Source of the DNA: Octopus vulgaris
Taxonomy: Eukaryota
Length of the DNA: 64,000 bases
NCBI GenBank assembly: GCA_951406725.2
Contig: OX597829.1
Span: forward strand, 40,486,001-40,550,000
Direction of reading: 5' to 3'
Below the pieces are notes generated by a model. The model was not told where the DNA came from, searched no databases, and saw only the letters and a program-made list of their open reading frames with translations. Within the stretch, counting starts at the first letter, position 1. The number at the start of each line of letters is the position of its first letter. The position numbers and the translations under genes were made by a program. This document shows positions 1-11,019 of this stretch, piece by piece.

Positions 1-73
1 ATCGACTTAATCCATTTGTCTGTCCTTGTTTGTACCCTCTGTGTTTAGTCCCTTGTGGGTAGTAAAGAAATAG
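1..73 (+). mobile_element. SINE family A, 3' fragment
   Basis: Ends ...ccttgtgggtagtaaagaaatag like the other family A copies in the window. Confidence 0.8.
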
Positions 74-420
74 AAATTAGTTCCAAAGTACCGGTAATAT
101 TACGATCATCATAAATCAATTACCAGCAGTAGAGTCGGTGCCCCAGCATGGCCTCAGAATTCTGGTGTCTGTAGCTAATAGAAGAAGGATAAAAGAAAAG
201 GCTGTTGTGTTTCTAGGTCTGCCTCTGTTACAAGCAGCTTCCATTGTCTGCAGATTCATTTACATCTCCTGTCCCTACCAGTGCAGTTGTCCTATGCAGC
301 GTAACATCAGCGGATATCTTTTAATGTCCAGCTGCTTTCTTGTGCTCTGCCATTCTGTGCTCTGCCGGTTTGTAAGAATTGTTCTTGTTTTCCAGTCAAA
401 AGAAAATCAATAATGGTCAT

Positions 421-1272
421 ATGTGTGTGTAGTGTAATGTTTGTGTGTGAGTATATAGTTGTATATGTATATAGATGTGTGTGTGAGTATATATATGTGT
501 ATGTGTGTATATATATATATAACATGTATACGCATCTGTATGTATATGTCTATCTATGTGTGTGTGCATATATGTTTATGTATGTATGTATATACATATA
601 TATATGTATGTATATACATATATATATGTATGTATATACATATATGTATGTATGTATATACATATATATGTATGTATGTATATACATATATATGTATTAT
701 GTGTATATACATATATATATGTGTATATATGTATGTATGTATGTATTATATATATATATATGTGTGTGTGTGTATATATATATATGTGTGTATATATATA
801 TATATGTATGTATGTATATATATATATATATGTATGTATGTATATATATATATGTATGTATATATGTATATATATATATGTATATATGTATATATATGTA
901 TGTATGTATATATATATATACATATATATGTATGTATATATATATGTATATATGTATGTATATATATATGTATATATATATGTATGTATATATATATGTA
1001 TATATATATGTATGTATGTATGTATATGTATGTATGTATGTATGTATATGTATGTATGAATGTATGTGTATATGTATGTATGAATGTATGTGTATACATA
1101 TATATTTATATGTATGTATATACATATATATATATGTATGTATATACATATATTCATATATATGTATGTATATATGTATGTATATATGTACACATATATG
1201 TATATATGTGCCTTTATGTGTCTGAATGTGTGTGTGTATGTGTATATTTATATACACATGTATGTATGTGCT

Positions 1273-1350
<78 letters not shown>

Positions 1351-1420
1351 TATGTATATGTATATATATACACATATATATATGTCTATGTATATGTATA
1401 TATACGCTCACATACACACT
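421..1420. repeat. Compound (TA)/(TG)/(TATG) microsatellite
   Basis: About 1 kb of alternating purine-pyrimidine repeats, the source of the Y/I/M/C/V-rich ORFs. Confidence 0.97.
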
Positions 1421-2167
1421 CGTCATATAGCAACTGATAGAAAATGTGGAATATCTAGCGAACATGCTGCAAGAACGGTGCGGGGCTTCCTGAAATGGAA
1501 TCATTGAGATTGTTTACAGGAATCTAGATTTTTCTTACTGCTGAATCTAGTTGAAATGAAATAAGTGAAATGACTGAGAATTGTGAATAAGAACTGCTTA
1601 CTATGGAAATAAGAGAATGGCCTGAAACAGTGATTAGTGGATGGAAGCGGCGAAGGGGAGAATTTCAGGTTTAATGGCAGCAAATCCAGAGAACCATTTT
1701 GAAATAATTGGAGGAGGAGTTTAAAAAATTTGTTTGGCAAAATTTAGGGTGAGAAAGAATAGATTTTTTTTATTGGCTTTGTTAATTCATTTTCACTTTC
1801 CAGCAAGCTCTCTTTTCAATCACACTGTTCAGGTTTCAGTCCCTCTGTGCAGCAGCACCTTGGACAAGTAGTGTCTATCCAGCCTGCTGATTAACTGTAA
1901 AACCAGCGATTTGTTAATCATCGTTTTCCTATGTCAGTAGAGGCTAAATTTGTCGCAATTTGTTCCAGCAATTCCATCATCACTCCTAGACACTTTTCAT
2001 CTGCTGCTGAAGTATTTCCGTGGGTTTTTTAACACTATTTGTCTCTATGAGATGTTTGCTTGAGACAAATATTGCAGTTTCCAGGTTTTCACCAGCATAT
2101 CTGCATTTAGTATGAAATATTGAATGCTTATTTGAACTAATAACTGCTTCCATCACTAATAATGAAT

Positions 2168-2330
2168 ACCCACTACACTCTTGGAGTGGTTGGCATTAGG
2201 AAGGTCATCCAGCCCTAGAAACTCTGCTAGATCAGATTGGAGCCTGGTGTGCAGCCATCTGGTTTGCCAGTCCTCAGTCAAATCGTCCAACCCATGCTAG
2301 CATGGAAAACGGATGTTAAACGATGATGAC
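2168..2330 (+). mobile_element. SINE-like family C, 3' part with (ATG)n tail
   Basis: acccactacactc...ggaag...catccag...catgctagcatggaaa...gttaaacgatgatg, repeated many times in the window. Confidence 0.8.
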
Positions 2331-2519
2331 AGAGAAAATGTAGTGCTGTTGTTATTGTTGTAGCCAAAGTCAGCAATGATTGATTAGACTTCTGGAAAAG
2401 GCAATCCAATTGTGACCATCCTGTCTTGTATGTATAACAGGGACCTCTGTTGGCCTGATAGTAGAAAATTATTTGAGGGACTTTTTCCTGTTATTTGTAA
2501 CAAAGTTGAATGTCTGTGA

Positions 2520-2880
2520 CAAGGTTTTCTTGTTGTTTTGTGTCTGTGTTGGTGTTGGCGTTGGTGTCACATGTGATAACGATGGTGTCGGTGGTGGTGG
2601 TGGTGGTGGGGGTGACTGATGTGGAATTGTTATGTATTGGTGTTAGCAGCGCCAGTGGTGATGGAGATGATGGCAGCGGCAGTTGTGGTTGTAATAAAGG
2701 TAGTGTCAGACATCACAAGTGTTGATTGTAGTTTTTATGATGACATTGATGTAGGTGGTTGTGGTGGTGGGGTAATGATTGTTTCAGGGGGTGGTGATGT
2801 TGGTAATGGTAGTAGTAGCAGCATTGGTGGTGGTGGTGGTGGTGATGGTGGTGGCAAAGGTAACATCGGAATATTCTCTA
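2520..2880. repeat. (GGT)n-rich low-complexity tract
   Basis: Degenerate GGT/TGG/GTA triplets. Confidence 0.8.
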
Positions 2881-3471
2881 GCATTGACAAAATGATATAT
2901 TGAAGCAAATCTCGAGGGGTCAGTTATGATGACTGCAGGAATTTCTAATCTGGCAACAGCAGCAGCACAGGCCTTGTATAAAAAAAAAAGAAAGAATCAC
3001 CCCTCCCCCTGCAAAAAAATCAAAAACAAAACAAAAGAAATACCTCTACAAAACATTCTTTCGAATAAGAATTCCATTCGGTAACCATATTCCTCAATAT
3101 TTTACATTTGCAATGGTATTTTTGAATGAGTTGTTGACAGATTCCTGAAATAACTTGTAAAGAAAATATATAAAAAAAAATATATATATATATGATTTGT
3201 AAAAAAAAAAAAATTTATTTTAAATTATCAAGGCTTTGAAGAATTTGGTGAGGTACATAACTACATTGAACTCTGAATAAAATAATCAGACTTTTCCAAA
3301 GAACCAGAACCTTCTTTAAATAAGTTAACTTTTTTTATTCTGTTTTCTTTTATAAAAAAAATAAAAAAGTTTTATATTTTTGTATTTTTATATTTTCCTC
3401 AGCAGTTTTACTTTTCTCTGTGTGCCCTTATATATTTTATAAGTTTATATATATATATATATATATATAGT

Positions 3472-3722
3472 GGAGGCGCAATGGCCCAGTGGTTAGGGCA
3501 GCGGACTCGCGGTCGTAGGATCGCGGTTTCAATTCCCAGACCGGGCATTGTGAGTGTTTATTGAGTGAAAACACCTAAAAGCTCCATGAGGCTCCACTCT
3601 TTCTTCTGTTGGCCTGCTCGCTTAGCCAGCGGGGTGGCGTCATTCGAAGGCTAAAATAATGCGAACGCATTGTGACCAGCAATGTTTAGCAACATCTGAT
3701 GGTCTGGTCAGTCACGGTGATG

Positions 3723-3724
<2 letters not shown>
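3472..3724 (+). mobile_element. tRNA-derived SINE family D inserted in (TA)n
   Basis: Head ggaggcgcaatggcccagtggttagggcagcggactcgcgg...ggtttcaattccc with Pol III A/B-box-like motifs; tail ctggtcagtcacggtgat; TA tracts on both sides. Confidence 0.85.
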
Positions 3725-3754
<30 letters not shown>

Positions 3755-3949
3755 ATCTAAGGAGAGTCAGTTATGCCAATATAATTAACACACACACACT
3801 GGCTTAATTCAGCTTATTTATTAAATATCCAGTTGTTTTGTTTTTGTTTGTCAAAACCCTTTTGTTGCTTCTTGCTACCTTCTCGATGACTATATTCATG
3901 ACAATATCATAATAGATTTGCTTCTCAGCCACTTGGTTTCAAACCAACC

Positions 3950-4262
3950 AGTCTTGTGAGTGAATTTGGTGAAGATGGAAACTGAAAGAATCCCATTATA
4001 AATACACACATGCACAGAGGTGCACACACACATATATATATCTATATAGAGAGAGAGGTTTGTGTTTGTTCCCCACCACTGCTTGACAACCGCTGTTGGT
4101 TTGTTTATGGCCCCATAACTTAGCAGTTCAGCAAAGGACGACTGATAGAATAATTACCAGGCTTATAAAGGAACATAAGTACTGGGGTCAATTTGTTCTA
4201 CTAAACACTTCAAGGCAGTGCTCCTGCATGGCCTCAGTCCGGTGACTGAAACAAGTACAAGG
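3950..4262 (+). mobile_element. SINE family B, 5'-truncated
   Basis: ttgtgagtgaatttgg...ggaaactgaaagaa...gcttgacaacc...gactgaaacaag matches the family B copies. Confidence 0.7.
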
Positions 4263-4423
4263 AAAAGAAGATGACCTCTCGGCAGGCCTCGATGACGGTG
4301 GAGTTACGATTTCAGGAGGGCAATTGAGATCGCGGGAATGAGAAAGGCGCAATCCAGAGAGGAGTGGACAGCGTGCTGTGACCAGTGGTATCAAATGGAC
4401 GCCCGACGGACTGGTCGGTCAAG

Positions 4424-4428
<5 letters not shown>
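4263..4428 (+). pseudogene. RTE-clade LINE 3' end (decayed ORF C-terminus plus tail)
   Basis: Reads KRR*PLGRPR*RWSYDFRRAIEIAGMRKAQSREEW, the RPxGRPxxRW...W motif of RTE C-termini, with two TGA stops. Confidence 0.75.
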
Positions 4429-4473
<45 letters not shown>

Positions 4474-4861
4474 ACTTACTTGGTAAAGGATACGTGGCGT
4501 TCGATCATATAATAATATAAATATATGCATATATACATACATATATGTACATACCTACATATATATATGTATATATACATGCATGTATGGGTACAAGACA
4601 TAAAAAAAACGTTGAACATAATGAGAAACGAAAACATAAAAACAAAAACATAGAAACAAACTTTTTTCAAATAAAGGGAAAAAACCAGAGAAGCGAGGCA
4701 TACAACATAAAGAATATTCCCCTTTATATATATATATATATAAAAACGCTGGTAAATGTTTTTTGCAGAGCCATTACATATTAAATCAAAACAGGAGATT
4801 GAAAAGAAATTTTTGGCAATAAATAAATGATACCAAAAATCTTTTCCAATCTCCTGTTTTG

Positions 4862-4894
<33 letters not shown>

Positions 4895-4897
4895 ATT

Positions 4898-5029
4898 TAT
4901 TTTACAGACAAAGTGAATTTTGAACACAGTATAACTTTGAGAACAGCAGGGAAAGATTGGGTATTTCCCTTTCTCTGCTGTACTCAGTGCTATACTGTGT
5001 TCAAAATTCACTTTCTTGTCTGTAAAATA
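4898..5029. repeat. Foldback hairpin of about 130 bp between (CA)n tracts
   Basis: tattttacagacaaagtgaattttgaacacagtata pairs with tatactgtgttcaaaattcactttcttgtctgtaaaata. Confidence 0.85.
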
Positions 5030-5372
5030 CCAACACATTTGAAATTTTGATTATATAACACACACACACACACACAGGGACAAAAGTTACAAAGGGGTCT
5101 AAAAGTTTAATAAGTTACATTCTTTTGTTTGTAATTCACAAAATGTGACTCTTCTACTATATTTTAGGTACTTTAGTTGAGGTGCCAAGTCAGTCTGGTA
5201 TTGTCCGCACTGCTTAAAGTTAGGTGAATACGAAGCAAATAGATAACAAGGATGTCCAGGTATTCATGCATTGCAATAAACAATGTAATTCGTTTATTCT
5301 CTAGTATTGATGAAATATTTGCTAAAAAATTATAATGGAGTGTCCTGTATATTGAAAACCTATATGGTCTAA

Positions 5373-5459
5373 TGCATCCGAAGAAAGCAGTGTATTTCAA
5401 ATTGATGTAATGCTTACATTGTTTGATTAAATGGAGCTGCCTGAAACGGCCGTAATGCA
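5373..5459 (+). ncRNA. Hammerhead-ribozyme-like motif (minimal type I, Penelope-like)
   Basis: Stem I tgcat/atgca, core CCGAAGA, stem II aagcag/ctgcct, then GAAAC-ggcc-GUA with palindromic helix III ACGGCCGT. Confidence 0.65.
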
Positions 5460-5588
5460 CTAATACCTGCACATCCTTGTTACTTATTTGCTTTATACAT
5501 ACATACATGTATATATATATGACCACGTGTGTACCGTTGGCGATTTTTTTCCTCTGTGTTCCCTTCCTTGGATCTTTCCTTTTCCTAT

Positions 5589-5623
5589 GTTTCTGATGAA
5601 GAGCTCCGCTCGAAACGTTAAAT
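5589..5623 (+). ncRNA. Minimal hammerhead ribozyme motif with intact core
   Basis: gttt-CTGATGA-a-gagc-tcc-gctc-GAAAC-GTT-aaat. Confidence 0.7.
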
Positions 5624-6442
5624 CCTTCTCCTTTCTTTCCTTTCCTGAACGTCCAATAACACTATACTTGTTCCACGTCCTTGCGTTGTTGTGTTTTCTC
5701 TTTGGGTTTTCATGTTTGGATTAACTTTATATATTTATATAGCTGTTTGTTTTTTATGGCACTTATTTGTTAGAAGCAAGGACAGTTCATGCCAGTGAGT
5801 GATTGAGCCATTATATGGAATCTTGAACAGCTAGAAATAGCAAATTAATATCTCACAAACCATGCCTTACTGTTTCAAAACAAATTAGAGAAACATTGGA
5901 TACCATTTTCTGTGGGAACAATGCTTGGCTAACAGACAGGATAGTAAAACTTTTGATTGTAGTCTGTTACTCAAATTTCACTGTACTATCTTAGAGAGAG
6001 AGAGAGAGAAAGGTGGGGAGAGCACTGGATGATGTATTCTAAAGTAAACACCTGGATAAAAGGTAGGATAGTTCCAACCAAGCCAAAGAGGGAGCCTTTA
6101 AGAGGTTGATTGATCTGCTAGAAATAACATCAAAATTTCCCTCAACTCGTGTCTTACTGATTATAATTTAGACTGTATTGGATAATGCAGTACAAGGTAC
6201 ATAATGCCTAAAATAAGAAGGTGGGATGGTCATGTATGAAATTCATTTGATCATAATTGGCATCAGTCTGGGGTTAAACAACGAAAACAACTGGATTGTT
6301 GCAGATACGTTGGATGGGTCATTGCTGAAGTCTTGAGTTACACAGTTACAACTATAATCCCCATACACACATACACAACTGCTACAACAAAAACACCAAG
6401 CAGACAGTCAGTGCCAGAACGCCATCTTTTTTTTCTTTTTAG

Positions 6443-6661
6443 ACATGTCCCCTGAAGGAATTCTGGGGGTTACACAGCGACAACAACATCAACCAACAGC
6501 AACAACAGCCGTCCAAGAATTTGGACCTGGAGATCTCCATTTCCAGCGACTTCGAGGGCCACCTCCCAGTGGTGTCAGGCATCAACGAAGAGCCCTCGAC
6601 TACAACAAGACGACCAAAGTTTTTTTGTTTTTTTCCAAAGTCTGGGGTCTCCCGCCCCTAA
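6443..6661 (+). CDS. Candidate terminal coding exon of an unidentified gene
   Basis: Strong acceptor (long T/C tract ending ttttag); open phase-0 frame TCPLKEFWGLHSDNNINQQQQQPSKNLDLEISISSDFEGHLPVVSGINEEPSTTTRRPKFFCFFPKSGVSRP*; locally higher GC/CpG. No homology recognised. Confidence 0.35.
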   Translation, partial: TCPLKEFWGLHSDNNINQQQQQPSKNLDLEISISSDFEGHLPVVSGINEEPSTTTRRPKFFCFFPKSGVSRP

Positions 6662-6990
6662 GTCCTAGACCATCACCTAATCGCCATTACCTGTCTTGTT
6701 GCTTAAGAGCAACAACAACAACAACAACAGCAACAACAATGAAGGCAACAGATTGATTGAGACCGAAGCACCTTTTATAGATCTGTTGAATTAAGAACTG
6801 TTCCTGGGGCTACACATACACGTATAATAACAACAACAACAACAGCAACAAACATCCAGGTTAATTTGTCTCATGTCTCTTATCTCCTTACTTTCTCCTA
6901 TGTACAGCACACCTGCCAAGAAAAAAAAAAAAAGAATCCCCATTCATAGGTATACATTGACATAGTAACATCTCTTCTCTGTTGTCTTCC

Positions 6991-7032
<42 letters not shown>

Positions 7033-7489
7033 GTACATACTTGTTGTACATGTTCCTTTCATCTTTAAGCTGGTGTATATAGATAGCTACAGGGTGGGTA
7101 TTAAACACAGCTGACAGTTCTCATCCTCGCCCTAGATTTTCCTGCATATACACACCTCCACACATTCATACTTTGGTTGTAAGATTTTCTTTCATTTGTA
7201 CTATGTATGTGTGCGTGTGTGTAAATTCGCATGTGTGTCTATGTACATGTTATATTGTATGATCACATGATCAATCAGACTGTCGGATATTGTTATACAT
7301 CACTGGTCACAATGCACTTTGCATTGCTTTAACTTTCGAATGATGCAACCTTGGTGGCTAGGCAGGCTAACTAACATTCCCTCTGATCAGAAAGCTGTTT
7401 CGTTAGAGGGTTAACCATTTACAGCTGAATGGACTGGGGTGCTGTGAAATGAAGTGTTTTGCTTAAGAACACAAGGTGCTGCCCAGTAT

Positions 7490-7818
7490 GTGGAAAGAAG
7501 CTTGCTTCCCAACCACATGGTTCTGGGTTCAGTCCCACTGTGTGACACCTTGGAAAAGTGTCTTCTATAATAGCCCGGGCTGACCGAAGCCTTGTGAGTG
7601 GATTTGGTAGATGGAAACTGAAAGAAGCCCGCCGTATGTGTGTGTGTGTCTGTGTTTGTCCTCACCCGTAACTTAGCGGTTTGGTAAAAAAATCACCGAT
7701 AGAATAAGTACTAGGCTTACAAAGAATAAGTCCTGAGGTGGATTCATTCGACTAAAGGCAATGCTCCAGCATGGCTGCAGTCAAGATGACTGAAACAGGT
7801 AAAAGACAATAAAAGAAT
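7490..7818 (+). mobile_element. SINE family B (tRNA-like head, CORE-like ccttgg...aagt segment)
   Basis: cccaaccacatggttctgggttcagtcccactg...ggaaactgaaagaagccc...gactgaaacag. Confidence 0.85.
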
Positions 7819-7844
7819 AAATATGTATATATATATACACACAC

Positions 7845-7879
<35 letters not shown>

Positions 7880-8119
7880 TATACATACATATATACATAC
7901 ATACATATATATATATATACATACATATATATATACATACACACACACATACACACACACACACACACACATACATCATACGTACATACATACATAAAAT
8001 TAGAAAAAAACCCCACCTTTTATCAATTCAAAATGAATAATTAAATTACACCATCTAGAAATTGAATTTTTTTTCCTTGTAAGTTTGGATTTTATTCCCT
8101 CAAATAATAATTATTATAT

Positions 8120-8158
<39 letters not shown>

Positions 8159-8433
8159 ATGTAAATGAGGGAAAAGAAATTCATATTGATTGTATAATCA
8201 TTTCAGTAAGCGAATATTTTTTTTTATTCCATGCCACATATAGAGATATGTAAAATATACAATATCTTAGACATCATTATTCGAAGTGTTTTCTCATCAA
8301 CTGGAATTTAACTGATGTTTATTCAGTTAACTGAATACTATACGCCAAGTAGTTTCCTACATGATGTTCTGACGAGGTGGAAATCTGAATTATAATTATC
8401 CCCCTCATATACATATTATATATAATGGATAGA

Positions 8434-9445
8434 TGAATGTTGAGGTGGTTTGGCCATGTGGAGAGGATGGATGAGGTGCGGATGGTAAGGAAGGTGATGA
8501 GCTGGCAGAATCGTTAGTACGCCGGGCGAAATGCTTAGCGGTATTTCGTCTGCTGTTAGGTTCTGAGTTCAAATTCCGCCGAGGTCGATTTTGCCTTTCA
8601 TCCTTTCAGGGTTGATAAATTAAGTACCAGTTACGCACTGGGGTCGATGTAATCGACTTAATACCTATGTCTGTCATTTGTTTGTCCCCTCTATGTTTAG
8701 CCCCTTGTGGGTAGTAAAGAAATAGGTATTTCGTCTGCCGTCACGTTCTGAGTTCAAATTCCGCTGAGGTCAACTTTGCCTTTCATCCTTTCAGGGTTGA
8801 TAAATTAAGTACCAGTTACGCACTGGGGTCGATGTAATTGACTTAATACCTATGTCTGTCATTTGTTTGTCCCCTCTATGTTTAGCCCCTTGTGGGTAAT
8901 AAAGAAATAGGTATTTCGTCTGCCGTCACGTTCTGAGTTCAAATTCCGCCGAGGTCAACTTTGCCTTTCATCCTTTCAGGGTTGATAAATTAAGTACCAG
9001 TTACGCACTGGGGTCGATGTAATTGACTTAATACCTATGTCTGTCATTTGTTTGTCCCCTCTATGTTTAGCCCCTTGTGGGTAATAAAGAAATAGGTATT
9101 TCGTCTGCCGTCACGTTCTGAGTTCAAATTCTGCCGAGGTCAACTTTGCCTTTCATCCTTTCAGGGTTGATAAATTAAGTACCAGTTACGCACTGGGGTC
9201 GATGTAATTGACTTAATACCTATGTCTGTCCTTGTTTGTCCCCTCTGTGTTTAGCCCCTTGTGGGTAATAAAGAAATAGGTAAGGAGGGTGATGAAGGAA
9301 GAAGGAGCAGGCAGCAGAGCCAGAGGTTGGTTTGTGTGGATGGATGGAGTGAAAAAAGCTTTGATGGTTAGCAGTGTTGGAGTGAGAGAGGCAAGAGAGT
9401 TTATAAACGATAGGAAAGCTTGGAGAGTGTTTGTGGATGGATGAG
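8434..9445 (+). pseudogene. RTE-clade LINE 3' fragment split by a SINE array
   Basis: MLRWFGHVERMDEVRMVRKVM before about 8500, resuming VRRVMKEEGAGSRARG...WMDGVKKAL...DRKAWRVFVDG* after 9280. Confidence 0.8.
8491..9280 (+). mobile_element. SINE family A head plus four tandem units of about 185 bp
   Basis: Units start at 8540, 8725, 8910 and 9095 (ggtatttcgtc...aaagaaata). Family A has a gtcgactttgcctttcatcctttc...agtaccag core resembling the Meta/MESC SINE domain. Confidence 0.9.
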
Positions 9446-9662
9446 CGAATTTTGATGTTGCACAAAGGGGTATAGAACCAGCATATGCTGTTGGGCCTTG
9501 CTACAGATATCGGATGGGGGGGGGGGGGGTTGTATTCTATGCCTTGACCTGAGCATAGGACAGGGCTAGCCTCTTTGAGCTGGGTAATTAATGGAATGCC
9601 TGGAGTGTGTCTTGTGGCTATCCTCTCCTAAAAAAAAAAATGGGGAATAAGACCTGGGTATA

Positions 9663-9693
<31 letters not shown>

Positions 9694-9808
9694 CACGTGA
9701 TCACGTGACCAACCAGGCTATCAGATGTTGCTACACATCGCTGGTCACAATACTGTTTGGATTGTTATAGCCTTCAAATGAAGCCACCCTGCTGGCTAAG
9801 TGAGCAGG

Positions 9809-9859
<51 letters not shown>

Positions 9860-10300
9860 AAGGCACAGGCATGGCTATTTGATAAGAAGTTTGTTTCTTA
9901 ACTATTTGGTTCTGAGTTCAGTCCCACCACTGCATGGCACCTTGGGCAAGTGTTTTCTAATATACCCTCTTGCCAACAAAAGCCATGTGAGTGGATTTTG
10001 TAGACAGAAACTGAAAGAAGCCCATCACACACACACACACACATATATATACAGAGAGAGAGAGAGAGAGAGAGAGAGCTAGTGTGTGTCTTTGTGTTTG
10101 TTTTCCCCCATCACTGCTTGACAAGCTGTGTTGGTATGTTTAAGTCCCTGTAACTTAGCAGTTCAACAAAGGAGACCAGACCAGTAGAATGAGTATCAGG
10201 CTTATAAAACAATGATAAGTATTGGAGTCAATTCATTCGACTAAATTCCTTTGTGGTAATTCCCCAATATGGTCAGTCTAATGACTGAAACAAGTAATAA
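9860..10300 (+). mobile_element. SINE family B, diverged
   Basis: ggcacaggcatggct...gcaccttgggcaagtg...atgactgaaacaag. Confidence 0.75.
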
Positions 10301-10359
10301 AAAAACACAAAACATATATATATATATTTAAAAAAGGAGATGTGGAACACGAGTTGTGA

Positions 10360-10657
10360 TATATAAAAAAAAGGAAATGAAGAAAATGCTGACAAAATAA
10401 TTTAAGTAATTTAAGTAATTTAATTAGGTGAAAGTTCTTTTTACTGGTTGCGCATTTGTTATACTTATCAAAATATATTTTTTAAAGAGAGATTAGAGTT
10501 CCTTTTCTAGGAAAAAATCTATCAGAAAAGGAACTCTAATCTCTCTTTAAAAAATATATTTTGATAAGCATAACAAATGCGCAACCGGTAAAAAGAACTT
10601 TCACCTAATTAAATTACTTAAATTACTTTAATTATTTTGTCAGCATTTTCTTCATTT

Positions 10658-10670
<13 letters not shown>
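10360..10670. mobile_element. Near-perfect foldback element (arms about 148 bp) in (TA)n
   Basis: 10360-10508 is the reverse complement of 10524-10670 with few mismatches and a 15-nt loop. Confidence 0.9.
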
Positions 10671-10701
<31 letters not shown>

Positions 10702-10787
10702 TGCATGTATGTATATACATATGTGTTTATTTGTGTAGGTACTTGTAGTTCATCAATTTGTTGGATAAAAAACCTTGCCATGCACAA

Positions 10788-11000
10788 ACACGTGTTGAAA
10801 TGTTCCTAGCTTTAAGGGTTTCGCAAAAGGCCTAGCTGGAAGCCCAACCTTCTAAGTTCTTTTACAGGGCTTAGAAGAACTGAAGGACCACTGCAATAAG
10901 TGTGTGAATCTGAGAGGGGAATGTGTTGAATAAAATCATCAACTGGTCTTCTTGTATTTTCTTTTACCAGAAGCCAGGAACTTTTCAGCACCACTTCATA
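10788..11000 (+). mobile_element. Mariner-derived non-autonomous element, diverged
   Basis: Same internal sequence as 57037-57256; right TIR ggaacttttcagcaccacttcata. Confidence 0.65.
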
Positions 11001-11019
11001 AATCTATGGCTACATGTAG

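Noticed and set aside
138-413. 91-aa ORF and an apparent acceptor at 217
   Set aside because: No recognisable protein; the minus strand shows a faint RGRPR motif suggesting a decayed RTE remnant.
413-1504. Long ORFs (up to 323 aa) rich in Y/I/M/C/V/H/T, also at 26.0-26.7, 40.3-40.7, 41.2-42.4 and 43.5-44.4 kb
   Set aside because: They are translations of TA/TG/CA microsatellites, which lack stop codons by composition.
2510-2903. Val/Gly-rich ORFs resembling a signal peptide plus Gly-rich protein
   Set aside because: Explained by (GGT)n low complexity.
3472-3545. tRNA-like sequence
   Set aside because: It is the head of SINE D, continues into the SINE body and lacks a proper acceptor stem.
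8369-8408. CTGACGAG hammerhead-like start
   Set aside because: Truncated, with no GAAAC/NUH downstream.
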